From positions 6,602 to 70,601 of the forward strand of contig JBAZMZ010000003.1 of NCBI GenBank assembly GCA_041649495.1: DNA of 64,000 nucleotides, written 5' to 3'. This DNA is from Minisyncoccota bacterium (GTDB taxonomy: Bacteria; Patescibacteriota; Minisyncoccia; Phycocordibacterales; XYD1-FULL-46-19). Positions within the stretch are counted from its first letter, which is position 1. Each line of letters opens with the position of its first letter. The notes beneath the pieces were generated by a model that worked only from the letters and a program-made list of their open reading frames with translations, searched no databases and was not told the DNA's origin. The position numbers and the translations under genes were made by a program. Shown here one piece after another: positions 29,464 through 38,472 of the stretch.

Positions 29464-30546
29464 ATGAGTTTAAGTATTGGCATTGTGGGGTTACCAAACG
29501 TCGGGAAATCGACGTTGTTTAACGCGTTGACGCAAAAAGGGGTGCCGGCGGAGAATTATCCGTTTTGCACGATTGATCCAGCGGTCGGGATTGTGGCCGT
29601 GCCGGACGAACGAGTGGATATTTTGGCCGATTTTTCGCAGTCAGCGAAAAAAATTCCGGCGGCGATTGAATTCGTAGATATCGCCGGCTTGGTTAAGGGT
29701 GCCTCGGCGGGCGAAGGTTTAGGTAATCAATTTCTCTCGCATATTCGCGAGGTGGACGCGATTGCGGAAGTGGTGCGCGTTTACGAAGATTCTAATATTA
29801 CTCATGTTTCAAGTAAAATAGACCCGATTGATGATATTGAGACGATTAATCTCGAATTGATTTTGGCGGACGAGCAAACCGTGAGTAAACGCTTGGCGAA
29901 TTTAGCGCATGATGTTAAGCGGGGAGACAAAATTGCTCTGGCCGAAGAAGCGGTTTTACAAAAAGTTGAAGCCGTTTTGAAACGAGGGCAAATGGCGAAT
30001 TCTGTTTCTCTAATCAAAGAAGAGGAAGAGATTTTGAAAGGGATGCATCTTTTGTCGGCCAAGCCGATTTTGTATGTTTTAAACGCCAAAAATTCACTGA
30101 GAGGCGAGGCCTCTCAGTGGCCAGTCATTGAATATTTGGCGAAACTGGGGGCGAATCATGTGGTGGTTGACGCGAAAATTGAAGGGGAATTGTCCGAATT
30201 GGAAAAAGCGGATAAGGAAGTTTTCAAAAAAGAATTAGGGGTTGAGGATGATGGGATTAATGATTTGATTAAAGAGAGTTACCAGATGCTGGGCTTAATG
30301 ACTTTTCTGACAACCGGCGCCGACGAAACGCGGGCTTGGACGATTAAAAAAGATTCGACCGCGCCGGTAGCGGGCACCGCTATCCATACGGACTTTTTCG
30401 ATAAATTTATTAAAGCGGAAGTCATAAATTGGCAAGATCTGGTCAAAGCCGGCTCTTATGGTCTCGCCCGCGAAAAAGGTTTGGTGCGGACTGAAGGCAA
30501 GGACTACCTCGTCAAAGACGGTGATGTCATTGAATTCAAGATATGA
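29464..30546 (+). CDS. ychF: ribosome-binding ATPase YchF
   Basis: IGIVGLPNVGKSTLFNALT G1 motif, TGS domain at the C-terminus (YLVKDGDVIEFK). Confidence 0.9.
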   Translation: MSLSIGIVGLPNVGKSTLFNALTQKGVPAENYPFCTIDPAVGIVAVPDERVDILADFSQSAKKIPAAIEFVDIAGLVKGASAGEGLGNQFLSHIREVDAIAEVVRVYEDSNITHVSSKIDPIDDIETINLELILADEQTVSKRLANLAHDVKRGDKIALAEEAVLQKVEAVLKRGQMANSVSLIKEEEEILKGMHLLSAKPILYVLNAKNSLRGEASQWPVIEYLAKLGANHVVVDAKIEGELSELEKADKEVFKKELGVEDDGINDLIKESYQMLGLMTFLTTGADETRAWTIKKDSTAPVAGTAIHTDFFDKFIKAEVINWQDLVKAGSYGLAREKGLVRTEGKDYLVKDGDVIEFKI

Positions 30547-30621
30547 TATTATAAAGTAGAAATGGGGATGCCTGCCCGTCCATAGCTTTAGCGAAGGAGG
30601 GTGATAGAATTTAAGATATAA

Positions 30622-31878
30622 GTGAATTCAAAATCTAAAATAATTTTTGGACTAGCGACTCTGACCCTGATTATCTGTTTGGGTCTACGTTTTTCTAGTC
30701 AAATTAATCAAGAGTTATTAGCTGTTGAACGGGCCAGCCATCAATTGGCCACGGTAATCTTAACGCATAGTTTCAAATCAGTGGGCGATCTTAAGACTCG
30801 CTATGATTTGGCTCTCGCTAATCCCGCCAATAAAAAAGTGCGCGTTTTGATTGTGCCTGGCCATGAACCCAATTATGGGGGCGCCGAATACGGTAATTTG
30901 AAAGAGCGAGTCTTGGTCGAGCAATTAGCCCAAGATCTTAAACGGTTTTTACAAAACAACCCGCATTTTGAAGTTTTTGTGACGCGCGATAGCCAAACTT
31001 GGAGTCCTGATCTAGCTAATTATTTTCAAAACCATTGGGCCGAGATTGTTGAGTGGCGCCAAGCTTCGCGCAACGAGACGAATCAATTGATTGCCCTGGG
31101 CAGCATGCCTCCACTCCAGGCTCAAGTTTCTCATTCTCGAGCCAAAGCTGATGTCGCCACTCGGCTTTGGGGTATTACCAAATGGGCCAATGAAAATAAT
31201 ATTGATGTGACGATTCATCTTCATCTTAACGACTACGCCCGTCCCGCGACAGGTCAACCGGGCCGATACTCTGGTTTGGCAATTTATGTGCCAACCAGCC
31301 AATACGGTAATAGTCCAACAACCAAAGCGGTGGCACAAAATATTTTTAATCGATTAGCCAAATATAATTCGGTGAGTGACTTGTCGGGCGAACGAACTGG
31401 TTTGGTCGAAGAACCCGACCTGATTGCTATTGGCGCTAAAAATTCTTCGAACGCGGCCAGTTTATTGATTGAATATGGTTACATCTACGAACCACAATTT
31501 ACTAATCCGCAACTTCGCGAGTTAGCGCTCAAAGATTTGGCCTATCAAACCTATCTTGGTTTGCAAGATTTTTTTGAGCCCAATAGCGCTGTGAGATTAA
31601 CCAAAACTGATGATACCTTACTCTTACCTCACGACTGGCAACCAACAAAAAGCGGTAATGAGACGCCCACGAAAGATATTTTTGCGCTTCAGACAGCCTT
31701 GATGCTTGAGGGCGAATATCCGCCGGCCGGGAAAAATAAAAATGATTGTCCGCGCACTGGCGTTTTGGGCCCTTGTACTAAGTCAGCCTTGCTCGCTTTC
31801 CAAACTAAAAAGGGGATTAATGGCGAAAATGGTTTAGTTGGGGAAAAAACCCTGACAGTTTTGAAACAATTATATTAA
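30622..31878 (+). CDS. N-acetylmuramoyl-L-alanine amidase (Amidase_3) with C-terminal peptidoglycan-binding domain
   Basis: VLIVPGHEPNYGGAEYGNLKERV..FVTRD..IHLHLND (Amidase_3-like); C-terminal GVLGPCTKSALLAFQTKKGI..GLVGEKTL (PG_binding_1); N-terminal TM. Confidence 0.6.
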   Translation: MNSKSKIIFGLATLTLIICLGLRFSSQINQELLAVERASHQLATVILTHSFKSVGDLKTRYDLALANPANKKVRVLIVPGHEPNYGGAEYGNLKERVLVEQLAQDLKRFLQNNPHFEVFVTRDSQTWSPDLANYFQNHWAEIVEWRQASRNETNQLIALGSMPPLQAQVSHSRAKADVATRLWGITKWANENNIDVTIHLHLNDYARPATGQPGRYSGLAIYVPTSQYGNSPTTKAVAQNIFNRLAKYNSVSDLSGERTGLVEEPDLIAIGAKNSSNAASLLIEYGYIYEPQFTNPQLRELALKDLAYQTYLGLQDFFEPNSAVRLTKTDDTLLLPHDWQPTKSGNETPTKDIFALQTALMLEGEYPPAGKNKNDCPRTGVLGPCTKSALLAFQTKKGINGENGLVGEKTLTVLKQLY

Positions 31879-31920
31879 GTTTACCGAAAAGCTAAAATGT
31901 GTTAAGCTAGGACTACTTTT

Positions 31921-33465
31921 ATGTTAAAAAAACTCGTTATTAAAGCGAAGCAATATTGGCTAATTACAATCATCGTGGCGATTGCTTGTTTGGGAGCAAT
32001 CTATTTTTTCGGTTTTAGGGGTAACAATTATCAGCCAGAAATTTTGACCGTCCAACCAGCTGATTTTACGCAAACCGTTTCCGTCTCGGGCAAAGTCGTG
32101 CCAGCGGAAAGCGCTGAGCTTGGCTTCAATCAAAGTGGTAAGGTGACAGCTATTAACGCTACCGTCGGACAAAAGGTTGGAGCTGGCCAAATTATTGCTC
32201 AAATCGACTCTCGAAGCGCCGTTTTAGATTTACAGAACGCTGAAGTGGCTCTGGCCAAACTAATTAAGCCGGCCGACAAATTGGAGGTGGTTCAAGCCGA
32301 AAATGCTCTGGCCTTGGCCCTTGATACTAAAAACAAAGCTTATAGCGACAGCTTCAATGCGCTGGACGCCACTTTTTTAGATTTACCAGTCGTAATGACG
32401 GGCTTAGACACCTTGTTTAATAATTATAATGTTTCTACTTATTTCTCAAACGAATCGTCTCTAAGCAATACGGCCAGGGGTTATCGCCAAACCGCTTCAA
32501 CCGCTTATTATCGTGCCCTTACCGCTTATGAAAAAAATCGAGCGGATTATCGTGGTCTCGGGCTGGCCTCAGCCAGTTCGACTGTCCAAGCCCTAGTGAG
32601 TGAGACTTACCAAACAACTAAATTAATCGCTCAGGCGCTCAAAGAAACGAACACTGCCCTGTCTTTTATTATTGACCAAATTGATATTCAAAATCGAACA
32701 GCAATCATGACCACCGATATTGCCAATATCGACACTTGGTCAAATAGTGTTAATTCCCAGGTTGAGAGTCTTAATTTGATCGCTGATACCATCAATAACG
32801 CCGATCGCGAAATTGCCGACAAACAAGAAGCGCTAACCAAATTACGAGATGGCGCTGACGCCCTTGATATCAAAACCCAAGAATTAGTGGTGGAGCAAAA
32901 ACAAACGGCGCTTAACGATTATTATGTGCGGGCCCCTTTTGCTGGACTCGTGACTCGATTGGATATTAAGGTGGGCGAACAAGTTACGGCCGGCCAAGCC
33001 GAGATCTCAATGATTAATTCGGGCCTCTTCCAAATTGAGAGCTTCGTCCCCGAAATTAATATTGCCGGCCTCGCCGTCGGCAACCCGGCCGAGGTAACCC
33101 TTGACGCTTACGGCGCCGACACCCCCTTCTTGGCCAAAATTATTTCGATTGATCCAGCCGAAACCATCCACGACGGTGTTTCCACTTATAAAGTCAAATT
33201 GCAATTTTCGGCGATTGATTCGCGTATTAAGTCAGGGATGACCGCCAATCTCTTGATCACCTCATTTGAAAAGCCTAATGTCTTGGCCGTCCCCGCTGGC
33301 GCCATCTTCACTCAAGCGGGACAGAAATTTGTTAAAGTAATGACCCAAAATCAGCCAACAGATCGAGTTGTCACAACCGGCAAAATTGGCATCTTGGGTC
33401 AAACCGAGATCTTAAGTGGGCTTAATTCGAGCGATCAAGTGATTCTTAACCCGCAAGTAAATTAA
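31921..33465 (+). CDS. HlyD-family periplasmic adaptor (membrane fusion protein)
   Basis: N-terminal TM, biotinyl/lipoyl-like hairpins (GQIIAQIDSRSAVLDLQNAEVALA; YYVRAPFAGLVTRLDIKVGEQV), long coiled coil, beta-barrel tail. Confidence 0.7.
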   Translation: MLKKLVIKAKQYWLITIIVAIACLGAIYFFGFRGNNYQPEILTVQPADFTQTVSVSGKVVPAESAELGFNQSGKVTAINATVGQKVGAGQIIAQIDSRSAVLDLQNAEVALAKLIKPADKLEVVQAENALALALDTKNKAYSDSFNALDATFLDLPVVMTGLDTLFNNYNVSTYFSNESSLSNTARGYRQTASTAYYRALTAYEKNRADYRGLGLASASSTVQALVSETYQTTKLIAQALKETNTALSFIIDQIDIQNRTAIMTTDIANIDTWSNSVNSQVESLNLIADTINNADREIADKQEALTKLRDGADALDIKTQELVVEQKQTALNDYYVRAPFAGLVTRLDIKVGEQVTAGQAEISMINSGLFQIESFVPEINIAGLAVGNPAEVTLDAYGADTPFLAKIISIDPAETIHDGVSTYKVKLQFSAIDSRIKSGMTANLLITSFEKPNVLAVPAGAIFTQAGQKFVKVMTQNQPTDRVVTTGKIGILGQTEILSGLNSSDQVILNPQVN

Positions 33466-33466
33466 C

Positions 33467-34723
33467 ATGTTTTCGATGCTCAATTATCGAATTGGTTTAT
33501 TTCTGGCCAAGCGGCAAATCCGGCGTTCCAGTCTTTGGACAAACGTGCTGATTATCTCGGTGATGGTGCTTACTTTTCTTAACCTAGTTGTCGTCTCGGG
33601 CATTCTGGTGGGGTTAATTCAGGGTGCGGTTGACGCCGTTCGTCTTCATTACACCAGCGACATCATTATTTCGGTGCCCAACAATAAAACTTATATCGAA
33701 AATAGCCCGGCCGTAATCGCCGTTTTGAACCAAGAACCGCGGATCCAATCTTTCAGTGCCCGCTACTTAAGTGGGGGAACGATTGAGGCTAATTATAAGG
33801 AGCAACGCAAAGACACTGACAAAGCGAACACGGCCTCGGCCGGAGTGGCGGGGATTGATCCCCAAGCCGAAGATCGCGTCACGGGTTTGTCAAAATTTAT
33901 TGTTGAGGGCGATTATCTAGCGCCAGGCGATTATGATCAAGTGCTCATTGGCGCTTATCTGACAAAAAAATATTTACCTATCGACAGCCCCGGTTTTGCC
34001 GCCTTAGATAATATCGCGCCCGGCACCAAGATTCGCCTAACTCTGGGTAATATTCAACGCGAAGTGACGATTAAGGGCATCATCAAGAGTAAGGTGGACG
34101 AAATTAATATGCGTGTGTTTATGACTGACGCGCAATTGCGTAGTTTGACGGGTCGGAGCGATTATAACGTCAACGAAATTGCCATTAGATTAAAACCGGG
34201 AGTCGATCCAAACACGGTTCGTGACGCATTAATCGGACAAGGGATTAGTCGGGTGGCTAAGGTCCAGACTTATGCCGACGCCGAACCCAAATTTATTAAG
34301 GATATGATTGACACTTTCGCTTTGCTCGGCAATTTAATCAGTTCGATTGGTTTGGTCGTGGCCTCGATTACCATTTTCATCGTCATTTTTATCAATGCTA
34401 TCACCCGGCGAAAATTTATTGGTATCTTGAAGGGGATTGGCATTTCAGGCGAGGCGATTGAGATTTCTTATATCTTCCAATCTTTTTTCTATGCTCTGAC
34501 TGGTTCAATTATCGGAATAATTACTGTCTATGCAGTGCTCGAGCCTCTGATTACCGCTCACCCAATTAATTTCCCCTTCAGTGATGGCATTTTGGTGGCT
34601 CCTCTTCTCTCAACCTTGATGAGAATGAGCCTTTTGATTATTGCCACCATTTTTGCCGGTTATATTCCAGCCCGAATGATTGTTCGCAAGAATACTCTCG
34701 ATTCAATTTTGGGGCGAAATTAA
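33467..34723 (+). CDS. ABC transporter permease, FtsX/MacB-like
   Basis: N-terminal TM, large periplasmic domain, C-terminal FtsX 3-TM bundle (FIGILKGIGISGEAI..). Confidence 0.75.
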   Translation: MFSMLNYRIGLFLAKRQIRRSSLWTNVLIISVMVLTFLNLVVVSGILVGLIQGAVDAVRLHYTSDIIISVPNNKTYIENSPAVIAVLNQEPRIQSFSARYLSGGTIEANYKEQRKDTDKANTASAGVAGIDPQAEDRVTGLSKFIVEGDYLAPGDYDQVLIGAYLTKKYLPIDSPGFAALDNIAPGTKIRLTLGNIQREVTIKGIIKSKVDEINMRVFMTDAQLRSLTGRSDYNVNEIAIRLKPGVDPNTVRDALIGQGISRVAKVQTYADAEPKFIKDMIDTFALLGNLISSIGLVVASITIFIVIFINAITRRKFIGILKGIGISGEAIEISYIFQSFFYALTGSIIGIITVYAVLEPLITAHPINFPFSDGILVAPLLSTLMRMSLLIIATIFAGYIPARMIVRKNTLDSILGRN

Positions 34724-34732
34724 AATAAAAAT

Positions 34733-35407
34733 ATGATTGAAACTAAAAATTTAAAAAGATCCTTCATTGATGGCGAAGTGGAGACGCCCGTGCTTAAAGG
34801 TGTTGACCTCAAAATCGAAACTGGCGAGTTTGTCGCGATTATGGGTCGTTCGGGCGCAGGCAAAAGCACCTTAATGTATCAAATGAGCCTCCTCGACGAA
34901 CCCAGCTCGGGCGAAATAATTATCGACGGTCAAAATACTCACTTAATGTCACCCGTGCAAAAAACTAAATTTCGACTTGAAAAATTAGGTTATGTTTTTC
35001 AAGATTACGCTTTAATTCCCGAATTAACGGCAGTCGAAAATGTTGTTTTGCCCTTATTAATGAACGGGGTAAACAAAAAAGAGACTTATAAGATAGCCGG
35101 CGAGTCACTGGTCAAAGTGGGATTAGAAAAACATCTCCACCAATTACCCAGCCAACTCTCGGGCGGAGAACAGCAACGCGCCAGTATTGCTCGAGCGATT
35201 GCTCATCAACCAAATATTTTATTCGCCGATGAGCCAACGGCCAACTTAGACAACGAATCGTCGCGAACAATTATGAAAATTTTTACCGATTTGCATCGTG
35301 ATGGCCAAACCATCATCATGGTCACGCACGAAGAAGAATATGGTCGTCTAGCCGAAAAAATCGTTCGGATCGATGATGGCCGAATTATTGGAATTGAAAA
35401 AGATTAA
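34733..35407 (+). CDS. ABC transporter ATP-binding protein (MacB/LolD-like)
   Basis: GRSGAGKSTLMYQM, LSGGEQQRASIARAIA, ILFADEPTANLD. Confidence 0.85.
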   Translation: MIETKNLKRSFIDGEVETPVLKGVDLKIETGEFVAIMGRSGAGKSTLMYQMSLLDEPSSGEIIIDGQNTHLMSPVQKTKFRLEKLGYVFQDYALIPELTAVENVVLPLLMNGVNKKETYKIAGESLVKVGLEKHLHQLPSQLSGGEQQRASIARAIAHQPNILFADEPTANLDNESSRTIMKIFTDLHRDGQTIIMVTHEEEYGRLAEKIVRIDDGRIIGIEKD

Positions 35408-35433
35408 AACATTATTAATTAATTATAAAAAAT

Positions 35434-35988
35434 ATGAACAATAAACATATCTTGAAGTGGGCGCTAATTATCGGGATAATTATCGTCCTTAATTTATTCT
35501 TTCATTTCGCGACCAGCTTAGTTTATAAAGCGCCGAAATTTGAGAATTTTTGTCAAAACAAACAGGTTAATATCCAACCAAGCACCCAAGAAACCTGCCT
35601 CAAAATGGGCGGGGCGTGGAACGAGGGACCAATGGGTAAACCCGTCCCGGCCGCCATTGATGTTGAGGGCCGAACCGTGCCCGCGTCAGCCAATTCTTAT
35701 TGCGACACTCAATTTACTTGTCAAAAAGATTTCGAAACGGCCAATAATCTCTACCGGCGAAATGTTTTTGTGGTGATGGTTGTGCTCGGCCTGCTCTCAC
35801 TCTTGCTCGGTTTCGCTTTAGCGACCAATGAAGTGATTTCCCTCGGTTTATCTTACGGCGGAATTTTGTCCTTCATTATCGCCTCAATTCAATACTGGTC
35901 AGCGATGGATGATTACTTGCGCGTCATCATCCTCGGCCTAGCCCTCGCTGTTCTGATCTATCTCGGTTACAAAAAGTTTAAAGATTAA
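35434..35988 (+). CDS. hypothetical membrane protein
   Basis: N-terminal TM, Cys-rich extracytoplasmic segment, three C-terminal TM helices. Confidence 0.4.
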   Translation: MNNKHILKWALIIGIIIVLNLFFHFATSLVYKAPKFENFCQNKQVNIQPSTQETCLKMGGAWNEGPMGKPVPAAIDVEGRTVPASANSYCDTQFTCQKDFETANNLYRRNVFVVMVVLGLLSLLLGFALATNEVISLGLSYGGILSFIIASIQYWSAMDDYLRVIILGLALAVLIYLGYKKFKD

Positions 35989-36039
35989 AAACAAAAGAGT
36001 CTCTCCTCCGATTTTGAACCGATAACTTACCAGTCAAAA

Positions 36040-37077
36040 TCAAAAAAGAAACTCGTTTTCGTCATTGGTATTTTCCTCGGCCGAAGGAAGTGACAAGGTC
36101 AATTGCAAATTTGCCCTCTTTCGGTCCTCTCTCGCTTTCACCGCCTCCGAAGCCAAAATCTCGACCACCAGATAGCCCTTCTCCGGCCTGGTGTGGTCGA
36201 CTTTTAGCTGGATCGGACCAAGGCGCTTTCTGGCTCCGAGGTAAGCTTGTTGAGCGAGTGTCTCCTCTGGCGTAGCCGAGAGGTCCCAATCAACCAGTCG
36301 GGCAAGGTGGTAAATGTGCGGATTGTTCAAGCCGTGAGGCAAGAACTTAAACGTTTCGACCAAGAGATGATGGGGTAAGGAATTTCTAGCCAAAACCTCA
36401 ACCAACGGTCGAACTTGGGATAGCTGGCACCAACGGTTAAACGAATAACCGTTATGCCGGTAAGGCGCCAGACACAGGGCGATAAACCGCGCGAGCCCGA
36501 TCATTTGACGTTGCCGCTGCCGACTCACGTTAATCTCGGCCCAATAAGCATCGGCAATCAACGCCTGATCTTGGAGCGAGAAGCTGAAATGAACTCCTTT
36601 CTCCCACCAACGATAAGCACTTGAGCGGTCCAATTGGCCAACCCGACGAACATAATAAGCTCGCGGGCTCAATAACTTTGTCTGTCCGCCCGACTTCCAA
36701 CCGCTGATTTTCTGGTCAGCCAGTTGCTGAAGTGTTGCGAACAACCTGGGAGCAATCAGCAAGTATTGCTCTTCTGTTAGAGCAAAGTACTTGTGTCTTT
36801 GGGCAATCCACCCTCGCTCGGAGCTGTAAGCTGGACGATACGGTCGCGTTCGGCCAATGCCAATCTCGGCGAGCAAAACCTCTGGCTGATGAGTCACTCG
36901 GTCCCCAAGCGGTTTCTGCCCTTCGCCAATGATGGCGATGACATTTAACTCGGCCCGAGGATTAACCTTCTCCACGACCACCTCGTTGGGCGTTAGACGC
37001 CAGACGAAAGCGGCCTTTTCTCGAACCGCCCTTAAGTTTTCGGCCACAATGGCTGGCGAAAATCTTGGCTTTATCAT
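36040..37077 (-). CDS. hypothetical protein, high-GC island gene 1
   Basis: 345-aa ORF at ~55% GC versus ~40% flanking DNA; no motif recognised by eye; opposite strand to all neighbours. Confidence 0.5.
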   Translation of the reverse strand: MIKPRFSPAIVAENLRAVREKAAFVWRLTPNEVVVEKVNPRAELNVIAIIGEGQKPLGDRVTHQPEVLLAEIGIGRTRPYRPAYSSERGWIAQRHKYFALTEEQYLLIAPRLFATLQQLADQKISGWKSGGQTKLLSPRAYYVRRVGQLDRSSAYRWWEKGVHFSFSLQDQALIADAYWAEINVSRQRQRQMIGLARFIALCLAPYRHNGYSFNRWCQLSQVRPLVEVLARNSLPHHLLVETFKFLPHGLNNPHIYHLARLVDWDLSATPEETLAQQAYLGARKRLGPIQLKVDHTRPEKGYLVVEILASEAVKAREDRKRANLQLTLSLPSAEENTNDENEFLF

Positions 37078-37195
37078 TGCACTTCACCTCCTCTCCATTC
37101 TTCCAGTTAAGGGAAAATATCCCTGACAAGGTTCACCTGTTCAATCTGGCCTCATCTTAGGATTATCTCGGAAGTAAAGCAAGGGAAAAAGAAAA

Positions 37196-37226
37196 GGACG
37201 TCGGGGCTTTGGGCCGAACGACGTCC
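37196..37226. terminator. palindromic hairpin GGACGTCGGGGCTTTGGGCCGAACGACGTCC between the two island genes
   Basis: Perfect 9-bp stem immediately 3' of the stop of the 37228-38337 gene. Confidence 0.4.
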
Positions 37227-37227
37227 G

Positions 37228-38337
37228 TTAGAACAAGCAATCGGTTCTCGGGATTGGACAATCTACCCGTTCGATCCTGGCAAGTTGCCCGTACCCGTAA
37301 TAAGGGGAAGACGGGGCAATAAAACGACAGAATTTCTCGACCGGACAATGATGGCAAGGGTCGTCATAATTGGCTGGCCAGAGCGACGGATGCTCTTTTA
37401 GCGCTTGAGGCAGAGCGATCGGCTCGCCGACTCGTTGCCGAGTTTCTTTTCGGCCCCGAGTCCGATTCTGGAACTGATTAGCGCATCGCTCTCGAGACAA
37501 GACCCAAAGAGCCGGGTTAATTTGCCTAGTCTCGAAGCCGTTCAAAACCATGAACCACTGTGACCAACGCGCAATCGCGTCCGTGATATTCGAACCGATG
37601 CGGGTCATTTCAATCTCGTGCCAAGCCAGAAATTCAGGCTTAGTGACCTCACACGGGCGCATCTTCTTGAGAGTCACCACTCCCGTTCCTTGAAGCACGC
37701 GCAAAGCATGGAAGTCCACCGGGATGGGAGTAGGGAAGTCGGGCAAAATCTGATATTGTTGGAGAAAAATCACGAACAACGAAAAGATCTTCCGCCGAAT
37801 ACCGATTAACCCCTCTCCCTTAGACCCTTGCCGGTTCACTCGAGCAAAAGCTTGCTCAAATTCGAACACCCCATCAAAAACTCGCAGGATATTACCGTCC
37901 CAACGATTGACAAGGTAATTCGCATTGGCAATCCAAGCCCGAGCGTGTTCCTCGTCCTGATAGCCCATCACTCCTGTTCCCTTTTGGCCAGTCCCGTTAC
38001 CGCCCAAAAGTTGTTGAGTTGCTTCACGAAAGGCGCCGAGAATCTTCTCGACCGTCCACCCGCGAGCAACTTGTCGAGGGTCAAACAAGTCGGGATGACG
38101 CTCGAACAATGAGTGGAACCAACGAAAAGGATCGTCCGAGTTCACTGGTCCTCGCATCAAAAGTGAGGCAAAGATCAGGTAATTCGCTCTCGCGACCGGC
38201 TCGTCGGGCATCGGATAGCGATCTTGAGGATAAACCACTTCGGCGAAAACGCCTTCCTTACCTGCTATCGCTCGAGTCAGGGCCGTAAATACCTCAAACG
38301 CACGGCCCTCGTTTAATGTCACTGGGGATTCTTTCAT
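37228..38337 (-). CDS. HhH-GPD-superfamily DNA-glycosylase-like protein with C-terminal Cys cluster, high-GC island gene 2
   Basis: LIGIRRKIFSLFVIFL then PVDFHALRVLQGTGVV resemble the HhH motif plus Gly/Pro-rich loop and catalytic Asp of EndoIII/MutY-like enzymes; C-terminal CHHCPVEKFC (C-x2-C-x5-C) resembles a truncated FeS cluster loop; ~55% GC. Confidence 0.45.
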   Translation of the reverse strand: MKESPVTLNEGRAFEVFTALTRAIAGKEGVFAEVVYPQDRYPMPDEPVARANYLIFASLLMRGPVNSDDPFRWFHSLFERHPDLFDPRQVARGWTVEKILGAFREATQQLLGGNGTGQKGTGVMGYQDEEHARAWIANANYLVNRWDGNILRVFDGVFEFEQAFARVNRQGSKGEGLIGIRRKIFSLFVIFLQQYQILPDFPTPIPVDFHALRVLQGTGVVTLKKMRPCEVTKPEFLAWHEIEMTRIGSNITDAIARWSQWFMVLNGFETRQINPALWVLSRERCANQFQNRTRGRKETRQRVGEPIALPQALKEHPSLWPANYDDPCHHCPVEKFCRFIAPSSPYYGYGQLARIERVDCPIPRTDCLF

Positions 38338-38472
38338 TGAGGGCCACCTTTCTGCCAGAACTGCTTAACGGTTCGATTAAAAATGTTCAGACTCTGTTTC
38401 CAATCTTATTACTAACAGAGATTAGGAGCTTTGCCAAATTGAATTATTTAGGTTTCGTGTTAAAGTATTAGC

